A stretch of DNA of 64,000 bases from Ophelia neglecta (lineage: Eukaryota): positions 54,932,001 to 54,996,000 of the forward strand of contig OZ260664.1 of assembly GCA_965285935.1 (NCBI GenBank), written 5' to 3'. The number at the start of each line of letters is the position of its first letter. The first letter of the stretch is position 1. Shown here piece after piece: positions 1-12,300 of the stretch. The notes under the pieces were generated by a model. That model was not told the DNA's origin, did not search any database, and saw nothing but the letters and a program-made list of their open reading frames with translations. A program made the position numbers and the translations under genes.

Positions 1-109
1 TCAGAGATAGAAATATGTGCTAATGGTGAATACACACACTAATAACATGTGAACAAGTGATCAAAGACTATTGAGAAACTTGGTACATGCTAATCCTCCT
101 ATTAAAATG

Positions 110-283
110 CAGTGAAACCTTTGAATTGAGACCACCCAAGGGTAAAATATTGGTTTGATTATGGAAGTGGTCTGATTGGACAGGTTATTTAACAAAGACA
201 GTGCATACTAGAGTCTTCATATTAGTGGTCTGCAATGACAGGTGGTCTGAATACAGAGGTGGTCTTTAAGGCAGGTTTTACTG
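110..283. mobile_element. MITE of about 175 bp (Tc1/mariner/pogo-type terminal inverted repeats)
   Basis: Left end CAGTGAAACCTttgaattgAGACCACC versus reverse complement of right end CAGTAAAACCTgccttaaAGACCACC. TA follows the right end. GTGGTCT sub-repeats occur internally. Confidence 0.65.
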
Positions 284-509
284 TAATAATATTATTTTAA
301 ACCATGAATACAGTTACTGTTTTTATTTTGTATTTTGTTCTCAAGTGGTCTACTAATCACTGTACAGATACTGAAGAGGAGACAAAATGGTGGAACAATA
401 CCCTAATAAATTGCTCAAACCTGTCCATTCGTACATCATAGTACCCAGTTTTCAGAGTTTTAAAGAGGATTATATATTATTTACAGTTGACCAAACTGTC
501 TTGGCTAAC

Positions 510-693
510 CTAGCTTGCCGGCGCTGTGGTTCCACTTGTTGACGGCGTAGTTGTGGTTACACGTGATGGTGATGACGGCAGGGGTGGGGACAGCGGGGTG
601 TGTGTTAGCTGATATGTGTGTCACTGGCGAGTTGGACAGAAATTTCATTATCATACACACATCGTCCTGGACTGTGGTGAACATCATTGGAGA
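510..693 (-). CDS. Nbea: Neurobeachin exon, BEACH-to-WD40 region (SPMMFTTVQDDVCMIMKFLSNSPVTHISANTHPAVPTPAVITITCNHNYAVNKWNHSAGKL)
   Basis: Acceptor tttccag|. The SNSPVTH..ANT.P and AVN.W motifs match NBEA. The donor is taken as TAG|gttagc (phase 1); a GC donor 9 nt earlier (G|gcaagc, exon end 519) is also possible. The gene continues beyond position 1. Confidence 0.88.
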
Positions 694-1006
694 CTGGAAA
701 TAGTAGATACCAAATATATTGCTGCCTCAAATGAATATGAACAAGGAGCGCCTGCTATCATACAAATAAGGAGCTTCGTGTATCGTACTAAGTACTATGA
801 CTATCGGAAATCTCGTCACTTTTTTAACAAATATTTTAAAATTCTTTCTTCCTCGAATGGACTTGCGCATTTAATATTTTTCTAAGATCTGGTGATTTTG
901 GCAGTAAAAGTATTTGCAAAAATAAAGGTTTTCTTGAGCTTCTGCATGACAACTGTTAAAAACTCGTTAATGAGGAGAAGTAGATTGCTTGTTAAACTTT
1001 TCATAC

Positions 1007-1096
1007 TATGTGCATTGGTGAGCTTCTAGGGGGATGTGGCTCCGTCAACAGCTGGCTAGGAGTCTGACCAAAACTTCTAATCTGGTTCTCAAGGGC
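1007..1096 (-). CDS. Nbea: Neurobeachin exon, end of the BEACH domain ([30 protein letters not shown])
   Basis: Acceptor tcacag| and donor ATA|gtatga; 90 nt, phase 0 to 0. FGQTP.QL...PHPPR motif. Confidence 0.96.
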
Positions 1097-1300
1097 CTGT
1101 GACCAAATAATTAGACGTAGGAACAAATTACAAATATGGAACAGATGGACACTTTTGCAAACTGAAAACAATCAGTAGATGTTCCACCAGAGATAAAATT
1201 CTTATTAATATCCTGTGTAAAAGTTATTCAATACATTATGTGACAGATTGTATGACAATAGATTATATTTTAATTCTATTTGAGTGGTTATCCAGAGTCA

Positions 1301-1483
<183 letters not shown>

Positions 1484-1959
1484 TTATAAAATAATCTCTC
1501 TCTTTATATGCTTCTATTCTATAGTTCACAGTGGCGAGTTATATACCGTTTCTAATTGTGGCCCTACAAACTACATTGTGTCTAAAATCACAGTCAGTTT
1601 GACACCCCTTCTTATGCATCCCACATGAGAAGTCTATTTTCAAAGCAGGATATATTAACACTTTCCATTCACTTCATTTGATATCAACTTTTTGCCCAAA
1701 AATATTGTATACAAATTTTGGCAAAAAATAAGCCAACTAACTGAGCAACAAACAAAAACACCCAAAGTCAGAAAGACATGATGACAAATGATCCTTCAAA
1801 TAACAAAACACACACATTACAATATTATGATTTTGTAAAACCAAAATATGTGATATCAATACTATTTACTACTGTATATTGAATCGAATGTGTATCATTT
1901 GTGATTTACTCTAATCACTAGAGATCTGCTGTATATTGAGTTGATGTCATGTAATTTAC

Positions 1960-2112
1960 CATTCTGTTCAGCCTAACAAAGTCTTCGGGTGACTTGGCCC
2001 ATTTGGGTAACATCACATCGGCAATGTCCGTCCCATCCTCATTAGATCCTAGCTGGTAGGTATTGGCATTGGTAAAAAAGTCAGGAAGGTAAAAAAACTC
2101 TGGAATCAACTC
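1960..2112 (-). CDS. Nbea: Neurobeachin exon, BEACH domain (ELIPEFFYLPDFFTNANTYQLGSNEDGTDIADVMLPKWAKSPEDFVRLNRM)
   Basis: Acceptor atttcag| and donor ATG|gtaaat; 153 nt, phase 0 to 0. ELIPEFFY and LP.WA motifs. Confidence 0.97.
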
Positions 2113-2310
2113 CTGAAATGTATATAAAAAATGTTAAAAAATGTATATATAAATGTTAAAACAGCCAATAGTTAATCTGAATAGACAAATGTGAAAATGA
2201 ACTAAAATATAATAAATATAGGGCCAAATATAAATCATTCAGGTAAAAACAAGAGATAAAAGCTTCAAGATAAATTTTAAAAAAACAATATGCGACAGGA
2301 GCCCACAAAC

Positions 2311-2430
2311 CTTGACATCAGATGTGTCTCTCTGGCAGTTTTTCCATGCTTGTGCAACAGAATGGAAGGTTCTGTTGGCATGATCAAACTTACCACCCTG
2401 GAGGTTCAGGAAAAAGGTGGTGAAGGGCTC
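2311..2430 (-). CDS. Nbea: Neurobeachin exon, BEACH domain ([40 protein letters not shown])
   Basis: Acceptor ttcctag| and donor AAG|gtttgt; 120 nt, phase 0 to 0. [10 protein letters not shown] motif. Confidence 0.96.
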
Positions 2431-2726
2431 CTAGGAACGAAAAATAAACCATGATAAAGAACAGAGCACAGAACCATGTTGCTAGATACATATTCAATAT
2501 TCTAATGCTATATCACAACCTTTTTCTTGTTTTTCACCTACTTAGCAATGTCTCATTTTGGTCTCCATGAAATTAAACATGTTTGTTATATGCTACTTAA
2601 ATGGTTTAAAACCAGAGAGTAATTGTTTAATAATAGTTTAATGTTGGCAGAAATTGACATACACATGTTTACTTATAATATGTACAATAACAGATCATTA
2701 ATAAGATTTAATGTTTGAGTACTGAC

Positions 2727-2867
2727 CATTCTGACCAGCCAGTTGAGTGTGAATGCTGCAGTAGAATAATGAGTTCCATAGTGGAACGGAGGGATTTGAT
2801 CATTATCCCAGCTTGCATAGCGGTCCTCAAAAAAGGCTTTCCTGGTCGGATTAAGGGCTCCTACAGG
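2727..2867 (-). CDS. Nbea: Neurobeachin exon, BEACH domain ([47 protein letters not shown])
   Basis: Acceptor aattttag| and donor ATG|gtcagt; 141 nt, phase 0 to 0. HYGTHYS motif. Confidence 0.96.
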
Positions 2868-3220
2868 CTAAAATTATAAAGTTATACATCCTTTAACAAT
2901 CCAAAAATGCTGAAATGTTTATTTTTTCCCAAATTTTGCCAAACTATTCTAAAAATTGACAAAAAGACAGATACTAGACACCCATGCTGCAGTGAACATC
3001 GAAATCATATCATATATTATATTAGATATTTCAAAAATAATTTGCTATTAATTTGTATGCTGAGAAGTTACTTCCCTCCACATCAGAGGTAATTTGGTTT
3101 CACAAAGCCGGTTCCATGGCTGTTGACAGCAGGGAGAGCAAGGTGAAGAGGATATTACCTCTGCTACACATGGACAAAAAAGACCAAATAAAAGCTAAAA
3201 AATATTTGTAATTTATATCA

Positions 3221-3535
<315 letters not shown>

Positions 3536-3649
3536 TTACGAATTAATTAATTTTCCTAAAATGAATAACAGAACATTTTTGATAAAGTTAGTTACTAGGT
3601 ATAATATTATAAAATATTATTATGGTTAAAGTTCTAAATGCTGACTGAC

Positions 3650-3752
3650 CTGGTCTGAGGCAGGCCATACTTGACGCCTACTCCTACTCGCGGTAAGGCG
3701 TTGACTACCTTCTTGACGGTGGCATGATCGGGGAAGGCAAACATAACGGCAG
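3650..3752 (-). CDS. Nbea: Neurobeachin exon, end of the PH domain ([35 protein letters not shown])
   Basis: Acceptor gtttttag| and donor AG|gtcagt; 103 nt, phase 1 to 2. Conserved VKKVV..LPRVGVG..YGLPQ. Confidence 0.95.
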
Positions 3753-4099
3753 CTAAAAACAATTATTTAATCTATAAAAACAGAAGTAGTGCATGTAGCA
3801 GAGGCTTTTCTATTACACCTCTTTCTGTTATTACAGTTAGTTATTACAGTTAGATAAAATATTATGACCATTCAACTGTTATATGAAGATGCCTGATCAA
3901 AGAATATCAAAATGACAACTAAATTCCATTGAAGTAATAAAATCATGCCATTGATATGAATTAACAAGAGGAATATAGTTAAAATAGTCAGTAACTTGTA
4001 GAAAAGATGCTGGCTTCTAACATTTGCTGATGTCAAACACTACTGGCAGTAGTAACTGCCACTATACAGAAAATCCTTTCGCCAGGTGGCGGTACTTAC

Positions 4100-4217
4100 T
4101 TCTGCTGGCCATGAAGATTTCCACGCCAACATTTTGAAGAAGATATCGCCGAGTGAAGATTGCACGGATCTCATTGAAATGCCATTTGCCATGGAGATGG
4201 TCAATATACTGCAACAC
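4100..4217 (-). CDS. Nbea: Neurobeachin exon, PH domain ([39 protein letters not shown])
   Basis: Acceptor ttttcttccag| and donor A|gtaagt; 118 nt, phase 0 to 1. Contains the conserved LHGKW...RRYLLQN motif. Confidence 0.96.
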
Positions 4218-6528
4218 CTGGAAGAAAACAATAACAAATGAAACGATTTTATAATTATCCTGCAATTCACGTGTTGATTCACACAGTTTATTACGCTGGA
4301 CTAGGCCCAACGGATATAATAGTCAGTCAAAGTGGCAAGCAATTTCACAAAACATATGGGTCAGAAAAGGGAAGATTCAAAACACTCAAATTCAGACTTC
4401 ATCTCAGACGTGTTCACTTTTCGACTAATATATATCGGTAAACTTTTCAGTAAAATTTCATAGCAAAATCTGGTCCTGGTATACATTTTTGGCCAGCTCG
4501 CTCAAAGCTATGTCGAGTAGAGGCCTTCCGATGAGAATATGAACCCCACATCGCGAGTGCATTGAGTAACTTATCTGTTTCTACCTGATCAATCTTTTTC
4601 CCTGCCATGCAAAAGAATTCAGAAGCATGCTGAACATACCCAACATGAAATAGGCTTGGTGATACCAACAAACGGAATATATTTGGGAAAATATGGAGCG
4701 TAGAACTCAGCAGCTCCACTTCTGAATTAGTTATGTAGCTTATTGTAATGTCGGGAAAAAAACAATTATTTGATTCAACTTAATGCCTTATTTGCCTGTT
4801 TTATACAAGACACTTGCCGGTTGGTGTTTGTCCGTCAATCTAACTTTCACACGAGTAGTTTATCTATCACTGACTTCATCTATCGTATGATTTATGGCCA
4901 AGATGTTTGCAATTGTGAGACAATCGTGGTGAAAGTTACACCAATTTGTCTGACATTAACAGATGTGTTACTGCAGGCTTGTCAACAAAAGAAGGCGAAA
5001 CTTCTGTATATGCTAATGAAGAAAATGTGGACCCGACTGAAAATGGGAATAACTGACACATTTGTTAGTAATAATCACCAACTACATTATATTTAGGTTG
5101 GCTCCTAAAACAAAGAAGTCTTTATTGATATTTGAGATGAAAGATGCATGTTCAGAATATTTTTTTTGCAATTGATAAATGACGCAATAATGGTAGATTT
5201 TCTGAGATTTGTTAGAGATGCGTTGACACATGGAGGTCTTGAGGAACAATTACTGCCCCAGGCCACGGCTAGGAAGTACACGGGCTGGGGAGTTCCGTAG
5301 TGGCCTGTACCATCAGGGTGACGGCCTCTAGATGTTCTGCCGGCGACATCGACGATATACATGTAGGCTTATACGGAGAAGTGAAACCGATAATCTTGTA
5401 AGGCATCAATCGAATTTTTAAGAAGTACTTAAAATTTAAATAGGTAAGGACCAGATGATCGCTGTTTTATGGATATCTTGCTGCCTCGAAGGAATTTCAA
5501 ATGTTCATATGAGAGCCTTACAACCTATTTCGACCTCAATCAACAATTTCCCACGTGGCTAAATGAATAAATGGTTGTGCGGCACACGCTGTACCATACA
5601 GAATACAAAATGTACAACATGGCGTACCGGTATGTCGGAATAGTCCGCAATGTAACTGGATTTTGATTTTTTTGGGTGGGGACGGGCGAGGGAGGGGGGG
5701 GGGGTTAACAACGAAGCACCACGTGGGTAATTTTGGTGTCTTTAGTGCACACGCAGGGTGCACCAGTCAATGTTACTGGAGGATTATGCCTACACTTAGG
5801 GATACATCTGACATTGGGAAATACAAATGTAGGACTTTCAAGATTCCCGAGATAAAGAAAAGTTAACTTCATTCAATGCATGGGCAATATTTCAATTATT
5901 TTTTTTAAATATAAACGAATGAGTGTAAAGTTATATGCAATGTAGGCCCAAGAGTATAGGCCTATACGATGGTGCACACTGTCTGGTATTTACAATCATA
6001 ATTTGGGTTGAATATGGCAAAAGCTGGATCTGTGTGCATGCAAATAAAGGAGCTATACGCAGGCGCATAGGAGTACATGTATATAAGCTCAAATACCTAA
6101 TAAGTGATGTATTTAGTATTTTCAAATCGGAGATCCGCCCTTCTCTGGCAGTGTATACCTTAGTCGTAGCTATAACACTATATAAGTCTAGTATATATAC
6201 CTACATGTCACACCTTTATTACAGGTGCTTATTTCGGCACGGGTAATTGACTTTTAAACATGTTTTATTTACCAACTAATGTCGAACATTAATATTAATA
6301 GCAGAATAATTTCAGCTAAATTCACACACAAGAGTAACCTCCACCTACTAACTCGACTGATTGCCACATGAACCACCATATAATTATACATAGCCTCGCT
6401 ACACACCATTTGATGAGAAAGTACGAAAGATCCTAAGAGTTTGACAGTAGAGGTTAAGGGCTTAGCTTTAACAGCCTTTAGCCTAACATATATACAGGTC
6501 CGGCAAGTCCAGACTCAGGCGCTCGTCA

Positions 6529-6549
6529 GGGGGGGGGGGGGGGGGGGGG
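6529..6549 (+). repeat. G21 homopolymer
   Basis: 21 consecutive G. Confidence 0.9.
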
Positions 6550-9104
6550 AAGCAGAGCGTGGCCGAGAGAAGGCGCCGGCAGCAGACAACCATTCCTGGA
6601 TTGTGACAACTCTGGCATCCCAGATCAAAACAATCTCCCTCGTATCTGTCTCAGATCGCCAACAATTTAACCACATCAGGAAGCGATAACATCGTTGGTA
6701 TGTCTCTGTATACGTAAATATAGGCTCATTTATCTTCCCAAGGCACCATTTATCGTCTTTGATAGAGGAGTGAAGAAAGACAGGCGGTCTCATCAGTGGT
6801 CACTGGTACAGCTGCAGGAAGCTAAGGATTCTGGGTCGAGTTTTCCTTACATTTACCCAGACGATTTCCTGTTTTTCTTTTGTTCATTTCTTTCTCCTAC
6901 AATGGGAATGCTTGTCATGTTTGCAGACAATCAGACGACAGCAAATTTCAGTTCAGGTAAAAGTGATATGCCGCTTATAACAAAAGCTAGCGGGGCCTAT
7001 ATGGCGGTTGAAGGAATGAGGGAAGTTTGGTGTTTTCCCCAAGACGGCTGTTGTTTCGGGAGAACGGAATAAGGTAACCGGACACCATTCGTTTTTAAGG
7101 AAACACACAAGGTTTTGATAAGGGGTCGAGCTAGGTGAGAGTGGCGTTGTCAAGATTGTTTGGTTAGCTTTCAAATAATCTCTTCATCCTGCTTTCTCCA
7201 AACAAGGTTCTTTGTCTAGCTTCCATATTGGGGTTGACCTTATATACTTGTCAGGAGAGACTGAACCAATCACGACCAACCGATAAACACTACAGGTAAC
7301 CCCATACTGCCATTAACCCCGTCTAATACAGCAAGAGAGGTGTTGAAAACGCTGACAAATGGATGGCTGAAAAGCGGGTTTAGCCTAGCCTAGGTGCTTA
7401 TTTCCCATTCAGAGCGCTCTTGATAAATTCTGGCTTGTCATGCAAGGGTTTGTGTGGTGAGGTTGATTTATTTGTTGTAAGCATTCATTAGGCGGTGTAA
7501 TTTGTTTTCAGCCCTTGGCTGATGAATTGTCCAGGTAATTCTAGAGTTTGCGGGTCCTTTCACTGGTGGTAAACACAGGTTTTTAAGTCTATTGTAACGC
7601 TGTCCTTCTCGAGCAAACGGGCAGCCAAATGGGAGATTTACATTGACACCATGACTTGCAATGCCCTACACGATGTCTCCTTAAGGTATGAAACAGTAGA
7701 CCAAATGTCTCCAGAAATTTCCTTGAACAGTTTAGCTTAAAATGAATGTACTTCAACGAAATGCTTTCTATGACCGTGGGGCATATTGACAATAGGCCTG
7801 TATAGTACCCGAGCAAATATACAAGTGAAATAAGATAATTTGAGCTGAAAAACAGTTTCCATAATTTTTACTAACGCAAAACTTATTGTTTATGGTATCT
7901 TACTGCAGATAGGAAACAGCGCGATATATATATATGTATATATATGTGGTTATCAGATTCGAGGTAAGCCCTGCAGGGAGATATAGGCCTATATGCAAAG
8001 CAGTTTGTTAACAACTCTATCATGGCAGTAACCTGCATTTACGCCGGAGTCCGCGTTGACTCGGGCTACCCCCTCCCCCTGTCCCTCCCCCAAGCGATAG
8101 ACGGTCGCCGGGGTTGTGGGGGAAATCATCTACCACAACGATGAATGGCACATAAACACCCAGATAAACTAGGCGATGGTCATTTACTGCCAAAGTAAGC
8201 TTAATAAACCTTAATAACAATGGATTGCAGTACCTACTTTAATCACCTATTATCGCCCCGTCGGACCACATTTCATTACAGGTGTTATTGTCCGCCAAGC
8301 ACAAAGTCAATTGCCTCGGGCTTCCCTGGTGGGGGTATTATTAAAACCCCATTCATCTATCGGCCGTGAAAATACCATTTTCCCTGGCTTATCTGATGAG
8401 ACACTGACTGTTGAGACGTTGGAACGGGAGTCAGCCTTTAATTTCGTTTCTGTCGCAGGAACAATGCTAGGCATCGGTCGGTTTTACCTGGGCCAAGTCA
8501 TATTCTGTTTATTCCACTCTTGAGATAAGGTGACATCGGAGACAGGTACGACAAGAGGCAATGACACCCCTTCCAATGAGAAGGAGAGATAAAACTCAGC
8601 CCCTCACCTGACGGGGAAATCTAATACCAAACTACATACATTAACCACAAGAGGCACCAACTTGAGACTGTAACACTCACCTTCGCTAGCAATTATACAA
8701 GTCTTAAGTGAATATTAAACACTGGCTCTTGTCGATAATTACCCTCAAACAGCCGGAGACGATAGCCATTTGAGACGTAAAACAGCGATTCTCCTCTAGA
8801 TAGAAGTAAATTGCTAGAATAATAGCAAGACATCAGCCGATTGCAGTGATTTAAACAGAAACTTATACCAGGCAAAGGCAACGTCACCCACCTCTGCATG
8901 CTTCCTTGTACCAGTACAAGAAAAAAAAAGATACTGTTACATCCTTTTCTGGGTTCAGTATTGCAATAAAATTTGGAACTAACACGTTTTTAAGCCTTTA
9001 TATATTATATATTCAATAATGTGACTAAAACGTTAGAAGAATATTTGTGTGTGATATTCAGAATGGCCTAAAAGTTTTGATTGGACTACTCTTGGTCAAC
9101 GAAA

Positions 9105-9358
9105 TCTCCAACCTATCCAGCCCCCTATTTAGCTTCAATCGTCACTCTAAATTTCCAACCTCCATGTAGCCCTCTAAAGCTCTCTCCCTCTCAAAAGCTC
9201 CCATCTTTCCTAGCACTATAAATCTCTAACCTTCCTATAGCCATCTAAAGCTCCAAACTTCCTAGCCCTCTACGTCCCTAACATTCATAGATCCCTCGTC
9301 TTCTAAAGCTCCAACCTTCCTATTCATATGTATAACACTCTAAAGTATCCAACTTCTC
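9105..9358. repeat. Degenerate C-rich tandem repeat (core CTCTAAAGCTCCAACCTTCCTA, period about 25-30 bp)
   Basis: Recurrent ctctaaagctcc and aaccttccta words; G is scarce on the plus strand. Confidence 0.7.
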
Positions 9359-12300
9359 AGACAATGAGAGTGGGCAAGAGAGGGGACTAGCCTGTAGGTA
9401 TACATGTATATTTCTATACTTCACAGCTCGAATACGCAGAAACAATAAGAAAACAGGCAAGGAAGTCATTTGCTAACAAGGTATGAGCCATAGATCTTCC
9501 TCAGTGTGGTTTACTATTGTCATTTTTACCAAAGAAACGCGTCTGAATGGATTAAGCCACGAGGAGCAGGTGCGTGCCTCAAATAACAGAAACATTGCTC
9601 AATTGGAGGACGGGATAATTGACATCTGAGAGGCAATAGGCACAATTAGAAAATTAATCAACAACAACCGGCCATTGATGTTGCAGGCCCTGCTCTGTGA
9701 TTTATTGGTAATCAGGAGTCTGATCGCCACAGTGCATTATGGGTGCTACACACGAAAACACATGTCACCAAGCTTAGTCACAAAGCTTGAAATTGCGGAA
9801 CCCTTGAGATCGGTGTGCGCGTTGCAGAACGCGAAAGCTATCAAGTTTTTTGCCCCCTAAGTATCTTTTTTTATGTGAATACAAATCAATGTGTTTCATT
9901 CCCGTTGTTCCATATAATATTATCATTAATTATCATATTATGTGTGTAGTTTCAATTTAAACCAAATAACTGTCAATATTAAGTGATTTCTAGTGATTTT
10001 CAATGTATAATGCATGTCATATGTGGTATGCTCTTATAGAAACCATGAAACTTTCATAATGTTACCATGCAAATAAACATATCAAATCACAAGTTACCAT
10101 GATTCGTTCATGCACAGTGGCACCTTCTCTTTCTATAATATTTTCTCACACATAAAATTTTGTTGCTAAATCACAGGTGACAAGCTTTTTTGCAGGAATT
10201 TGTGTACCAGTTCCACAGCCGACCTCCATGAGCTATACAGGACTGGCTGCAGAGCTATAGGATACCTGAATGTCACCCCTTAGGTGGGAAGTTCGAGGCA
10301 AAATAACGAGGCAGCCACTTTGCACCATGGTAACACGTGATCCATGAAGCACCGAGACATTCACAATACTTCTTGCCGTCTTGATGAAAGACCTTTAATG
10401 CATATCATTCCTACAATAATAAAAATTTTCAACGTGAATTTTTCATCACTTGTAGTTTTCGGTCGTGACATTTATTAATGGAGGTATATTCTCTGACCGT
10501 CTATTTAAAGAGGAAATCATCACTCGGTTATCTCAATTATTTTCGTCCATCAGCACGTTAGTGCCATCCCCTGTCGGTGATATTTGATAGCGTGAGATGC
10601 TACTATGTCTATCTGGAGCGTGAGGCTAGGTGCAATGCCCGGGGGCGTGCCATATGGTGGCCCATTCGGTGACAAGCCCCTCGTCCCTGCTCATGGCTTT
10701 CTAATGGACCCCGGAGACTTGCCACAATGGCGCCCTAACACCCAGTACTCTTGTTCTAGACAATAGGAGATAATTACTGCGCAGTTAGCCGGCTTCCCGT
10801 ATTCTGGTCTTCACAATTCCGTGGCTGTGCTCTCCAACGACTGTAGCAAATAGTCCATTTATACATGGATAGACAAAAACCAATTAATAACTAGAAATGA
10901 ACGGTGCTGCACCCTATCGGCCGCTATATGATATATTTGTCTACACACAAAAAAAATTATTTAATAAAGGCAAATGAAGGAAAAGAATATAGTGAGAAAC
11001 GTGCCAAGTATTATATATAGATATAGTAAAGCCGTCTGACTCCGGATGGGGGTTCTATCTATGCCTTCCTAATTCATTATGATGGTAGCTGAGTTACATG
11101 ACTGCTGGTGGAACATTGGTGGTCCGATTGCAGCGTGCTGTGATAAAAAAAAATCGAGATTATTTCAACGAGTCATGTTTAATCATTTGGCCGGGTCGAA
11201 GACGACCCATTCTTCAATCAACGTGAGACTCCTCGCTCGGATTGGGTGGTCTCGCCCCACGTATACGCGGTTCCACAACAGGAATATGAAGCTGTAGTTT
11301 TCACACTGGTTTACAAATCAGATGCGTGCCGCAGTCACAGGAAATTAATGTAAAACATGAAGACATGTGAACATTCCATGGCCAACGTGCTACATCACAG
11401 AAATGCAAATTGAGATGGTCTATGTTCAGTACTGCCATGTTGAGAGAAACGGCGCCACCGGCAACGATTACACAGGCAATACAAGGGCAATGTCATAGGG
11501 AGCAGTGATTGAGGAGGGGTCAACAACGCACACAGGGCAGAATAAACAGATAATCTACACAACTGGAGGTAGACAGACTGGTAATTTGGGCTGTTTGATT
11601 TGGAATGCGAGGGAGCTTACACATTATGAATGCGACCATTATGGCAAGGGACATCATATAATATGGCAAAAAAAACTATTGCATGACCGAATACACTATG
11701 TATTCACGAATAAAATTTGTCAATTCGGTTGACATGACCTTTAGCTTGGGATGCATTTTAGTCTTTGAGACGCTGTTCCCTTTGCATGTTTCTAAAATAA
11801 TATTAGCACAATTCCGGCGCTCTCTGTGGTGTGGTTTCCGAGTTCCTAAATCAGTGACATTGATTCTGCCATTACGCATGACTGGTAATGGGGGGAGGGC
11901 ATCTTATAGGTCATCAAAACCTTCATTAATCTGGGAGAAAATGACATTTATTACGGAGAAGTGACTTCTACTGCACTCTCAAATATACTGGCCGGAGAGG
12001 GGGCACTTTTCATAAATATCCACGACGAGTGCTGTTCCTCTTACGCGTGACAAAGCCATTGGTAGGGCAAAAGACTGGGTCTGCCATCGCGTGTGACAAG
12101 GAGATCGATCAGCCGGAGCTCCCAAGCCTGAGTAGGATTGCCGGCTTCCGCTCGCTGCAGACAAGACGGCCCAATTAGCCGAGCTTCAACCACCCGGAGG
12201 ACGTAATTCCTATTTATTGTCGCCTGTAACAAATGGACACGTTATTCAAACTGACAGCTCTGTGATCCATTGCTGCACTGACGAGATTTCAAGCATTGTG

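Noticed and set aside
357-395. Acceptor-like ttttgtctcctcttcag| at 371 on the minus strand as the next neurobeachin exon
   Set aside because: In the required phase it reads V-S-V-Q-stop, and I found no frame-preserving donor or similarity to NBEA. The next true exon is probably outside the window.
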